From assembly GCA_013115145.1 (NCBI GenBank), contig JAAPAO010000093.1, forward strand, positions 16,817 to 80,816: a stretch of 64,000 nt of DNA, given 5' to 3'. Made by a program: the position numbers and the translations under genes. Positions 31,539 through 42,574 of this stretch are shown piece after piece; positions within the stretch are counted from its first letter, which is position 1, and every line of letters starts with the position of its first letter. Origin of the DNA: Perkinsus chesapeaki ATCC PRA-425. Lineage: Eukaryota; Protista; Perkinsozoa. Under the pieces are notes generated by a model. The model was given only the letters and a program-made list of their open reading frames with translations, searched no databases and had not been told where the DNA came from.

Positions 31539-34063
31539 ATGTCACCTCTCACTGACGAAGAACGTCAACTTTACGACTACCTAACATCTCCGGAGGCCCA
31601 CCAAGAGCACCTTTTTGCCGGAGTGGATAATATCGAGACCAACGAGGGTAACCCAAGGGTCACTTTCACGATGACCGATTCGGCGTAGGTGCTCGAAAGC
31701 TCCTGGATCAGCTAGTTGCTGCCGACCACACGACGGCAGGTGGCCTTAGAGACTATATTGCGCGTGGTCAGAAACTGCTGAAGGAATCCAGTGAGGGAGT
31801 GAACCCTTTTGAAGGATGTACGGTTGAGGTCCCTCAAGGCGAGAAGCTTGAAGCTGGTAAGTTACAGAGAAAAAGATTCACCGGCAAAAACTGCTAAACA
31901 GGTACCCAGAAATTTTCGGAGATGGAGCAGGCCGGCATGGACTCCTTGAAGGGACTCTGCTTCTGCCTAGTTGCTGGTGGCTTGGGCGAGAGGCTCGGCT
32001 TTCCCGGCATCAAGGTACTCCGTCATCTTTTGCCGCTTGATCCCATCGCTCTCATCAGGTGGCCCTCCCCGTCGAGACCCAAACGAACATGTGCTATCTT
32101 GAGTGGTTCTGCCGCAACATCCTAGAGATGCAGCGGGTGGCTCGAGAGAGGTCCGGCGATAACACTGTCACTCTGCCTTTAGCAATCATGTGCTCTGCCG
32201 ATACCTATCAAGGTTAGTTCCCGCTCAATGGTATCTTAGCTTCACGCGTGGATGTTATAGGCACCATAGATCTATTGAAAGAACACAATAACTTCGGTAT
32301 GGCTGAGGGTCAAATATCTCTGATGCTTCAGGATAAGGTAAGTTACGAACTCCTTCCTATTAGTGACCCTTAACCCGTGTATTAGGTGCCCGGGTTCATT
32401 AACTCTAGTGGTAAGATCGGTGTTAAGAAGGACGATCGTTGGACCGCCGAGATGAAGCCTCATGGACACGGAGATGTAAGGGCTTGTCACTCACCAATGG
32501 CGGAAAGGTTGTCGACTCAGGTCCACACTCTCCTACTGAAGACAGGACTGGCCAAGAAGTGGGTATCAGAAGGCCGTACAAATCTAGTGTTCTTCCAGGA
32601 TACCAACGCCTTGGCGATGCGCGCAGTAAGCCGAGATACTCCTAGTCAAATCCTCTTTATTATTCATCGCTCAGATCTGCGCCCTTTTGGGAGTCTCAAG
32701 GACGAACGGCTTCGCTATGAACAGTCTTTGTGTAAGTTCTCGACTCCCCCCAGTGCGGCCTCTGCAGCGCCTTCCTCGCCTCAGGTCCCTCGCGTTCCCG
32801 GTGAGGCCGCTGGTGGCTTATGCCGACTTTCCTATCCAGATGGCCGCCAGCTTACCTGCAATGTCGAGTAAGTTGGCTGCTGCTGTTGATGCCGCGATGA
32901 CGATGGCTTTGTATTCATCATCAGATACAACCAGCTTGGACCACTGCTTCAGAACCAAGGCGGCGATGTTGCTGGCCCCGACGGGATCTCACCGTACGAG
33001 AGTAGCTTGCCTGGTTTCGATTTTTCCGGGCTCAGGTATCCTGGCAACATCAACTGCATCATGTTCGATCTTCCTGCATACTATAAGACATTGGAGGAGT
33101 CAAAGGGAGTTGTCCCCGAGTTCGTGAACCCCAAGTAGGCCTTCTTACCGCCTCGAGTTTGAACCGATTGTCTGCTAGGTACCAACCTGGCAGCAGAACC
33201 GACTTCAAGTCTGCCACGCGTTTGGAGTGTATGATGCAAGATTACGCTCGTCTCATGCACCACTGTACGGCCCTCTCGCTGCCATCTGCCGCCGCTGGTC
33301 ACTCTTGTTCCCCTTAGGCTCCTTGGGCTTCACCATGATGGAGCGTTGGTTATGCTTCTCCTGTGTGAAGAACGCTACTGCTGATGCTGTCAATAAGGTC
33401 CAGACCGGCCTTCCCGCTGATGCAGCTTTCTCCGGCGAAGTCGAGTTTTGGGACCACAACACCAGGATGCTTCAGACCGCGGCCAAGGTTAACGGTACGT
33501 TCAATCGTCCCGGCTGGGTCAGGTGGAAGTTTGTTTCTGGTCAGGTCAGTCGTTCTCCGTGAGCCATCCCGTCAATATGGAGTTCTTGGGCCTGGCCCAG
33601 AAGGTCGGTCCTCGCGTTGTTCTCGAGCCCGAAGTTGGTTGCTGTCTTGATGAGATCAAGAGGATCGTCCAAGGCCCTATTGTACGACTGCGGCTTACTT
33701 TTCGTGGCGAGTGACGTTTCTCGTGTGTCAGGCTCTCGGCAATGCCGACTGCAGTATGATCGTGGAGGGTCCGTGCACGATCAAGAGACTTCAGCTCACT
33801 AGTGGTGCCGTTGTAGTCCATTCCGGTACGTCGCATCATAATTCCGCGGCTTGCTGCTGAGTGTCAACTGTTCAGGTGCGGATGTTGATTGTGATGCGCC
33901 CGTGAACAACAAGGGTTGGAAGTTCGAGCCTGTCAAGGACGGCGATAAAGTGAGACCGAATTACCCAATCTCTTCCACTTGATTATTGCCAATATCTTAG
34001 GTTGATGAAGCAACCGCCATCCGTGGGTTCAATGTTGACAAGGTTGAGGCGAGAGACTTCTAA
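31539..34063 (+). CDS. USP: UDP-sugar pyrophosphorylase, multi-exon (3' end uncertain)
   Basis: FCLVAGGLGERLG, KPHGHGDVH, VFFQDTN, MNSLCVPR..GEAAG, NVEYNQL, PGNIN, VPEFVNPKY, FKSATRLECMMQDY, FSCVKN. Confidence 0.92.
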
Positions 34064-34847
34064 ATTGTTTTTTATGTTTCGATTATTCGGTACCCTACGA
34101 AACCAGTGCTGAAAGTGATTTTATACTAACCTAGTAACCTGCTGCTGCTGCTCGTGTTGTTAAGTATCATACCAAACTGCGTAATCGTGTTTTGTTAACA
34201 GTAAATCGGTCATTCAAGCACTATTCATCACACTGAAGCAATGATATTACACGATTCTATGTAATCGAGAGATAAAGAGTGTGCTCATACGTGCGACCTG
34301 GCAGCTCGATAGAGTAGAACCAAGAGCCGGCATCCTACCAAACTCCGAGACTTCCATCGTGTATGTAACAACTCGTTAGTAACGCAGCAGATATAGTGTT
34401 TGAAACTGAGTTTCATTACTGAGAATTTTCGCTCAAGAAGGGCACGGATACCACCAAGAACTGATGAAAAACCCTTGTGAGATTATGCACCCTCAATCGG
34501 GCAACTTCAGTACAAGTTATCGTCTTAGCCCGACCTCCTGCAGTGTAAATCCTTTCCCTAGTTTTGAAAATCTAATTTCTCTAGAACGCTGGAGTCCAGC
34601 GGCTGGACCGCTTCATCATAAGAAGATCATTATCAGGCTATATGATGCCGAACGAGTCACCAAAGTATTTTCCGAAAAAGTTGTTCAAAATTTGCGATTA
34701 TTTTGAAACACCTTTACAGGGTTACCCTGTAGAGACCGCGAAGGAGGACGAAGCTCAAACCCTCCGTGATAAATCGTACGGCGAAGAAATAGGAATCGGC
34801 ATGCTTCTTATGATTTCGATTCCTACAGAAGTTGTCTCGTTCATCGA

Positions 34848-36035
34848 ATGGCCGCCCTTAGCTCGATAGATGTACTGAGGGTATCCCGGCCTTGTATGTG
34901 GTTCGTCCTGATTTGGTTCTATCTTTGGCCAACTGGTGGTATATGGGAGCTCTTCACCTCTTCCAGTTTTTATCTCGGACTGCTGACATCCACCTTCCCA
35001 TTTAATCTGCTTATGTTTGGTATGAACGATATGTTCGACTTTGACGTTGACCAGCTCCATGAACGTAAAGGTGGTTTCGTCTTCGGTGCCAGATCGAGCA
35101 AAAAACAACTTGCCGAGCTACCTTTTCTCATCGCTATCAGCAATGCTGTTCCCTTAGCCGTCATGCTAGCTATAACAGGAAAGCTTACTCCGCTCTTGTG
35201 GGCTGGAGGCTTTCTCTTTTGCAATCTGCTTTATAATGTCCCTCCTATGTCGCTGGCGCGGAAGGGACCTTGGGAGCTCCCTTGCGTCCTTATCGGAGTG
35301 TCATGTGTCACTGCGTTCTCTTGTGCAGTTAATGACCTTCCGCTGCCCTCGATTGGTAGGAGTACGCTGTGACCACTGTGCTCTAGTTTGGGATGGTAAT
35401 TCCAGCATCGTAGAGAACCTGGCTTACGCAGCACCCGGGCTCCTTCTGTTTATACTGTTCGAGACGGTGTTCACTAAGCCGTTTCGAGCAAAGAAATACG
35501 ACAACTTAATATGACAAGTATCTTTTCTATCTAGCAAAGCTGTGTAAAGCTCGAATAGTATACCAATAGTCTCATTATGACTGTGGCCTGTCGCCCAAAC
35601 TTCCGATGATCCCGTTCGTTACCTCAGGCGCCTGGCTTTACCACTGGATGGTTATGGCTCGCGGACAGTTACACGGCGAGATCATAGACATTGATGACGA
35701 TACCAGAGTCGGGAAGAATACGACTGCCGTTAAGATCGGCAAGCATCTATCTCACAAGCTCATGTTGAGCCTTACCGTAGGCACATGTGTGGTAAGTTCG
35801 TCGTTCTCCTATAACGCCTTGTGCCCCACAGCGACACGTCTGTGAAGTAGCCTCTTAGGTCTCCTATGTCCTACTGAAGTCGAGGCTCCTCGCGGCCTAC
35901 TACGTCGTTGATATCCTTCTCGCTCAAATCATTACGAATCACGATTCTGAAAAGACTCTAGTGATATTTAAAATGCAAAGTTTGATTGGTATACCATTCC
36001 TGGGGTACGCGTGGGCGAATAAGATATTTTCCTAA
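34848..36035 (+). CDS. UbiA-superfamily prenyltransferase, lycopene elongase (CrtEb/LyeJ)-like, 3 exons
   Basis: RVSRP..W, FPFNLLMFGMNDMFDFDVDQLHERKGG (first Asp-rich motif), LYNVPP and EIIDIDDDTRVGKNTTAVKIG (second Asp-rich motif), with multiple TMs. Confidence 0.85.
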
Positions 36036-37219
36036 CTAGTATGGTTACAGCTTTTTCCCTGCCTCCCTTGGTCTCGCGTTAACGTGGGAATACTTACGGC
36101 TTCTATTAAGCGCTGGGCAGCACCAGGGAATGTTGGAATCATCCTATGCATGGTCTGGTATTGGTTGGCCGTAGAGACGCAAGTAGAAAAAAGTTGTGAG
36201 GTATTTTGTTACAAATCGTGTAGCAAAGGCTGCTGATGTTAAAGCTAAACACCGAGTGCATCAATTTACTCTAATGTTTGAACACCCGCCATTAGGCAAG
36301 GTTTATTCCTAGCCTATCAAGACTCAAGTCCATGTGCATCAATCGCAACCTATGGTGTACTCCCGTGGCGCCTCGGGGAGGACAGGGTTAACACTGACAT
36401 CCTCAATGACAGTAGAGCCATTATCACATAGTAATACTTACCATCACGAAGAGCAAACCCCACGAGGAAATTCTACTGGCATCGCATGAAGACAGTCCTC
36501 AGAGGACCACATCCTGCTGGGCAGCCAATAGAATCCTAACTCAAGTAAGGAAGAAGGAACATCCGAAGTGGGTGAAGTGGGCACCCATTCACTTCATGGT
36601 GTCAAGTGGGTAGAAAATTCGATGCCAGGGTACGAGATGACGTGGACTATTCTGTCTACTACTCGGTCGGGAGACATACCGCCTTCTTCAACCGTCGATT
36701 GTAGACGTATAATTGTGGAAATTTGTTGCTGCGAGCAACTTGCTGGAAGGCAACAGCATGTCTAACCTCACCAAGCTGGGTCGCACGCGAACATCAAACG
36801 GAGTCTCTAAATACTGTTGCCACTGAAGGCCAGTTGGACGCCTCCTTGCGGCTACTCGTATACGTCACTCCCACCTGAGCCATTCGGGTGTCTACAAGAA
36901 GCACACTCAACACTCATGCATGATGCCTCCCAACGCGTCGTACGCCATACAGGTTGAGCTTCATGATCAAGTGCGGATGCATGAGCCTTTCTTTGAGTCA
37001 CAGGTCGATTTGCAAAGACCTCTTATTTTCATTTATGATGCCATGAGGCATTAAATGTGGCAGGGATGCATGGCCTGATTGTCAACACAACTTCTGCGCG
37101 TCATGGTGACGCCGTCACCAAAGCCCTCAGCTTGTCGCACTCACTTGCGAAGGTGTTTTTCCGTCTTCATTCGAGTTGCATCTTGAGCTTTATTACGATC
37201 GCAAGAAGCCTTTATCCTC

Positions 37220-37708
37220 ATGAATGTTCAAACCTCTAAAGGCCAAGTGAGGACTCAAGAGAAGGAATGGTCTCTTTATGGCAAAGGATGTTGTATGTTA
37301 TTTCTACTTGGTATGATGCTGACCATGCTTGGATATGTTGGAGGCTTTCGTGACCCTCCTCCGATGCCTAGAAATGGCCTGTATACTGGCCTCAGTAACA
37401 GGTATTTCTTTCGTTGGTTCCTGCATGACTTTGACGCCGAACCGCTCATGGGTAGGGTTTATATTCATGCTATTGAGTATAATGTTATTTACCCGAGGGA
37501 ATTCAATGCTTCTGGTATTCTATATTGGCGTGGTGGCCCTCCAAGATATCCTATCGAACTCAATAGATCGGATGATGGTTTGGTGAACCTCTCCCGTAAC
37601 CTCGGAATGGACCCCCTTGATTGGCATGGGTTCGATCACGGATCAGATTGGATTGAATTATTTGGTGGCAGACTGCGATATAGAAAATATCCACCAGACG
37701 ACATTTAA
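37220..37708 (+). CDS. Intronless orphan protein with N-terminal signal anchor (162 aa)
   Basis: Clean ATG-to-stop ORF with hydrophobic GCCMLFLLGMMLTMLGYVGG followed by PRNGLYTG. No recognised domain. Confidence 0.65.
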   Translation: MNVQTSKGQVRTQEKEWSLYGKGCCMLFLLGMMLTMLGYVGGFRDPPPMPRNGLYTGLSNRYFFRWFLHDFDAEPLMGRVYIHAIEYNVIYPREFNASGILYWRGGPPRYPIELNRSDDGLVNLSRNLGMDPLDWHGFDHGSDWIELFGGRLRYRKYPPDDI

Positions 37709-38346
37709 CGGAATACCTGGTATACGGTCTACCTGGTCTTTGGACCTCGATTATAACTCTTTAGATCTGACTTGTTAAGGATGATAGTTCTGCCTCATTA
37801 TTCTGGAAAATTCTCATATTTTATAGTAAGAAACAGTAAAGGTCTCGAAGCTGGATTCCACTCGTTAATGAGCTTGTGTTAAAAACAAGTGTTCAAAGAG
37901 CTCAATAGTTGCTTTAACCTCTACAAGTTACCTTCAAGGTAATACCTCTTCCTCTTAAGAGGCCTAATCTCAGTAGCTTATTCCAGTTCATCCGAAACAG
38001 CTCACGAAACAGGAATGATGCACCTAGTTGTGCTAGGCCCTGTTGTCTACAACCGAACCCACACAACGTGATTCGGGATGGAGGAGTGTTATGCTAGTGT
38101 TGACGTGCGAAGTGGACTCTTTGGAATACTCCTTGTACTCCTCATCGAGCACTTATTCTCGCTAATGCCTGCTGTTCGGCAGCCGCCGGCCGGCGAAGCT
38201 GCAATGCTTGCCCCAGGCCCGAGCCTGGCTTAGGCCTTATCAGGAATCAGGCTACCGTAGTGCTTCCCCGCTGGTGGATGCTATGCCTCCGTACTATCTT
38301 GACATACTGCGAAACACAACAGTGTCATAGGTATGAAAAAAGGAAA

Positions 38347-39900
38347 TTACACAGATGATAGCAGCGGTGGGTCCAACTCGCTATGCCGCCGTCTTGTAAC
38401 CCAATGCCCAGCAGCTTGGACCAGTGCAAGAGCTACAAACATTAAGCACGCTACTGCGACAAGATCTCCTAGGTAGACGGCCAGAGTCGTGCCGGTCCCA
38501 AGAGGCACAGTACCAACGATAACCTCCTGCGTGCACTTGCTGCGCTCGAAGCCTACAACCTTGTCGCCGAGAGGATCGATGATTGCCGAGTCCCACCCAA
38601 CGTCCGCCTTGACTATAGCGACTCTGTTCTCGACCGCACGGAATACCGAAGTGGCGAAGTGATTCCGAGCGCCCGACCAATCCTCGGAGGGATTTGTGAT
38701 GAGAGTGGCGCCTTCTGAGACCAGCTCCCGAGCAGCGCTCGGAAAGTCCATGTCATAGCAAATAAGAGACCCCATGCGGCCGTAGTCGAACGACGAGTGA
38801 TCGAGTCCTTTGACGTGCTGATCAACCAAGGCAGGGTTCAACGGGATGGTAGGGTAGCCAAAAACAAGCTTGCTCTTCTCGCCACTGATGCGGACAGGAT
38901 GCTGCTTACCATAGATGCTCTCGACTTCGCCTGTGGGACCAATCGTCATAGCTAGGTTACCCCAACCGACAGTCTCCACCCCAACAGTCATAGCAATCTC
39001 CAGCTCCTTGGCTAGAGGACTTATATTGCGTTCAACGAACATAGTAGCTGCGGTAACATTCTCGAAGGGACCAAGCCAAGTCTCTGGCCACACGACGATT
39101 TTCGCGCCGTACTCCTCGGCGGCTGTGCGCGTGCTAGCCACTTGGTCATGAAGGCTAGCAGTGCATGATACCATTTCCCCATAGTGGGGTATCTGACCAT
39201 TCGTACACAATGGGCTCGGCAAGAAGCCACCTGGCGACACTGCGGCCACGGTCACAGTTGCCTGTCCGGGAAGCATAGACGTATAGTAGAGGAGAACACT
39301 GAAGAGTGTCCAGCCAAGGACGCCGAGTTGCCAGAGATTCAAAACGTGCCTCGGAGTAAGAGAAGTTAGAGCCTGTGCCAGTGCTGCATTGCTACACATA
39401 ACGGCAAACTCAAGACTATAGAAGCCGAAGAGAGCAATTGGCTGTATTAGCACTGGTGATACGTGAAAAGGTGTTGAAAGGGTCTCCAAGGTACCGAGCA
39501 TGCGGGCAGTGGCGTACATCATGGCCACCCACATGGCAGCAATCCGAAGCGAGTAGTAGGCAGAATCGTTCTTGAAGGCAATGTTCTCGAATAGGCCGGC
39601 CAACCACCACAGTATGCCCCACGCCAAGCCAATGAGCATCCCTAGCCCAATGTCGAGGCCCATGTTCCAAAGCGTGATACCAAGGGCGAAGAAGAACGTC
39701 ACAACCGGCGGCCAGATGGAGTTGCTGAGTCTCTGTGCCGCTAAGAGGGGGGATATGCAGAAGAGAGAGACAGGCCAGAGCTCTAGGAGATACGGCAGAC
39801 CGATATGCACAGTCCTGATATTGAAGAGCACCACTGTGCTCAGACATAGAAGGAATAAGGTCGGAGCATTCGAATTGGAGGCCGTCAGCGCGAGGACCAT
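38347..39900 (-). CDS. Apolipoprotein N-acyltransferase (Lnt)-like nitrilase-fold membrane protein, copy 1, intronless
   Basis: Hydrophobic N-terminal half, then VVWPETW (E), YGKQHPV (K), LICYDMDFP (C) and FRAVENR...SAIIDPLG, with a C-terminal TM. Confidence 0.9.
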   Translation of the reverse strand: MVLALTASNSNAPTLFLLCLSTVVLFNIRTVHIGLPYLLELWPVSLFCISPLLAAQRLSNSIWPPVVTFFFALGITLWNMGLDIGLGMLIGLAWGILWWLAGLFENIAFKNDSAYYSLRIAAMWVAMMYATARMLGTLETLSTPFHVSPVLIQPIALFGFYSLEFAVMCSNAALAQALTSLTPRHVLNLWQLGVLGWTLFSVLLYYTSMLPGQATVTVAAVSPGGFLPSPLCTNGQIPHYGEMVSCTASLHDQVASTRTAAEEYGAKIVVWPETWLGPFENVTAATMFVERNISPLAKELEIAMTVGVETVGWGNLAMTIGPTGEVESIYGKQHPVRISGEKSKLVFGYPTIPLNPALVDQHVKGLDHSSFDYGRMGSLICYDMDFPSAARELVSEGATLITNPSEDWSGARNHFATSVFRAVENRVAIVKADVGWDSAIIDPLGDKVVGFERSKCTQEVIVGTVPLGTGTTLAVYLGDLVAVACLMFVALALVQAAGHWVTRRRHSELDPPLLSSV

Positions 39901-40792
39901 CGCAGGAAATTAGAACTACGAGGAGATCGCATTACCCTGACTGGAAAAGACATGAGTGGCTGGTGGTGGTGGCGCACAGTAAGAGGGCGCAGTTTTCTGC
40001 AGTAGCTTATCTCGAAGCACGAAAAAGGACTTTATATGCTATGCGGTGATATTACGACTAGCTGTGTGGGGCAGGACACTTCCGCGTCCTTCAGCTGATT
40101 ATTCCCAACGTCTCGGAAAGGCTATCACCGGAGATACCCCCCAATTCTCAACACCAAGTTTCCGTCGAATCTCACTCAAAGAGGGACGGAGAAGTGAATG
40201 ATAAGCAACACTCCACCTTGGGGTTCCCTGAAGACACAGTAAACCAAGGTGGACGCTGGAACACTGGATGAACTGGCCGAAAACAGTTCAACGAGACCTT
40301 TCGTATTTGCCTCTCCCAACGCTAGAATACCGATGACCTCTCCGAGTCATCGGCAACGGCCAGAAGCTAGACGACTCCGAGATTCGGCGCACGACAGCTA
40401 GCGTGGAACACTCAACGATTGGTAAGGAGAATGTATCGATCATGCCCCTTCCCTATTAGAGCTCGTCTTCCCCACTTGGGCGCCGGTGGAACTTCCATCA
40501 TGGAAGCAAGAAACTTGTGCTAGAGCTGTCCCCTGGTAGCTCCAATGGATACGATACGCGAGCCGTACAGCGGTTCACCTTCTGCTTGCTATTCGCAATC
40601 ACGAACGCAAGACGACGACGGGATCAACAAAGGATTTTCTCTTACTGGGTTTGCTTGAGGGAAATCATCTCTGGAAGGAGGTAGAATAGGAGAAGGGGCG
40701 ATCCAGAATGTACAGCATCACCCCAACACTTACAACAAAAGGCTAGGATGCAATAGTGAGATAATGTCGTAGCTTCCAACGGAGGTCTTCCT

Positions 40793-42277
40793 TTAGGAAA
40801 GCTTCACGTAGATTCCCAGCCCGTTTAGGCGCTTCCAGAAAACAGTATTCAGGAATAGTAAAAAAATCAACGGCACAACGCGCCCGTAGAGCGATGCCAT
40901 TGTCGGTTCGCTCGAGCCCAGATGTACAGTGCCAGCAACAGCGTGACGCTGTGACACAGGACTCATATAGGAGGCTGTGATATCTCCTCGGGCATCAACA
41001 ATAGCTGAATCCCAGCCAGTGTCGGCTTTCACAATTGGTACACGATTCTCTATTGCCCGGAAAACATAGGCTGCTATATGGTTCCGCATCGCCGACCAAT
41101 CAGATGAAGGACTCAGAATCAGCTCAACTCCTCTTCGCTTCAATGAGGCCGCAGACTCGGGGAAATCCATATCGTAACAAATGAGGGGGGCCACTTTAAC
41201 AGTTAAATTGCTGAGGCCGAGCCAACCACCTTCAACTTCAAGGTCGGTGTAACCGTAGGTAACAGTGCTCTTCTCTCCCAGGAGCTTCACTGGATGCATC
41301 TTCCCATAGTAACCGAGAACCTCACCTTCGGGACTTATCGTTACGGCAAGGTTAGCGCGGTCGAGGGTATGCATGCCCACAGTGAACAAAATGTGAAGCT
41401 CTCTGGCCAGCGGAGCGAAGGTCTCCGCCACGGCTTGTTCGAGCTCATCCAGGCTTTCGTATGCTCCAACCCAAGCCTCGCTCCACACCACTATCTTGGC
41501 ACCGCTCTCACTAAAAGCTCTGCGAGTGGCCTCCATCTGCTCGTCAAGCGATGCAGTGCAGGGTAGGGCTTCACCAAAATGGGGCCTTGTACCGTTACGG
41601 CAGAACAGCACTGCGGTCGGCAGGAGACCACCAGGCGATATCGCTGCCACTGGCGCGGTGGGACTGGTGGAGGAGCCCAAGGTCGAGTACTGAAGCACAC
41701 TGGTTCCAACCCAAAGCGTTGTCCCCAAGATGAGCCCCTTGAAGATGCGGCGCCTACGCTGTTTAGAGGGTGTGAATAGCAGCTGAGCCACACATGCGTT
41801 GAAGGAGCCAAGGGCGAATTCGAGGCCGTAGAACCCGACCAAGGAGAGCGGCTGGATTAGAAATGGCACAACGTAGAGAGGCGAGGAAAGCGCCGGCATG
41901 GTACCAGCGATCTCAACAATCAGGTATTGAATACATGCCCACACCGAGCCCACAATGACAGGGAAAGCCGTACTGTCTCTCAGCGGGAGAAGTCGGAAAA
42001 ATAGCGACCATAGCAGACCGACCACCGCGCCCAAGCACATTCCAACCGTAATGGGAACGGCGATGGTCCAAGCATAGCCAGCAGATGCCAAGGCAAAGGT
42101 AAGAATTATGAGCCATAGCGGAGCACCGTTGCGCTGAGCCGTCAACACCGGAACTAGAACAATCAAACAAAGCGGCCAAAGTTCCAGGACCGGCCCACTG
42201 TCGAGCTTGATGGAGCGAAGTGGCCAGATTAGGGCTGTTATGAGGCTCACAGCAGCTGACCTTCTAGTGGACCACAT
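40793..42277 (-). CDS. Apolipoprotein N-acyltransferase (Lnt)-like protein, copy 2, intronless
   Basis: The first ATG at 42277 (MWSTRR) aligns with the copy 1 N-terminus (LELWP). It has VVWSEAW, YGKMHPV, LICYDMDFP and FRAIENR...SAIVDARG. Confidence 0.9.
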   Translation of the reverse strand: MWSTRRSAAVSLITALIWPLRSIKLDSGPVLELWPLCLIVLVPVLTAQRNGAPLWLIILTFALASAGYAWTIAVPITVGMCLGAVVGLLWSLFFRLLPLRDSTAFPVIVGSVWACIQYLIVEIAGTMPALSSPLYVVPFLIQPLSLVGFYGLEFALGSFNACVAQLLFTPSKQRRRRIFKGLILGTTLWVGTSVLQYSTLGSSTSPTAPVAAISPGGLLPTAVLFCRNGTRPHFGEALPCTASLDEQMEATRRAFSESGAKIVVWSEAWVGAYESLDELEQAVAETFAPLARELHILFTVGMHTLDRANLAVTISPEGEVLGYYGKMHPVKLLGEKSTVTYGYTDLEVEGGWLGLSNLTVKVAPLICYDMDFPESAASLKRRGVELILSPSSDWSAMRNHIAAYVFRAIENRVPIVKADTGWDSAIVDARGDITASYMSPVSQRHAVAGTVHLGSSEPTMASLYGRVVPLIFLLFLNTVFWKRLNGLGIYVKLS

Positions 42278-42574
42278 TTGGAACCACAAGCTGTAGAGGA
42301 AGCCTTGGCTCGTAGGACGGACGTATCCTTCGCTGTGCACCACGCCACTAGTGAACGCAAATGCCGTACTGATTAGTGCGGGAAACTCGAGTGTATAAAT
42401 GACACAGAAGGAGAGATACACCACCAGCAGCAGCAGGGGCACTCAATCGAAACGTCCATAATAGCAGTGGTGACGGCCCCTTTTGGAGGGAGGCAACAGG
42501 AATGGATGTATTAGGTCAGCAGAAACAACAACAATACGTAACGCTAATAAGTATTGAATTCCTCTTCTAGTCCT

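Noticed and set aside
34848-42277. Bacterial contamination explaining the bacterial-like genes
   Set aside because: The UbiA gene has GT-AG introns, spacers are long and non-operonic, and the block is contiguous with intron-rich USP and TRAP1 without a gap.
42278-42442. GTG-initiated N-terminal extension of Lnt copy 2
   Set aside because: The paralogue aligns from about the ATG at 42277, and GTG starts are unlikely in this eukaryote.
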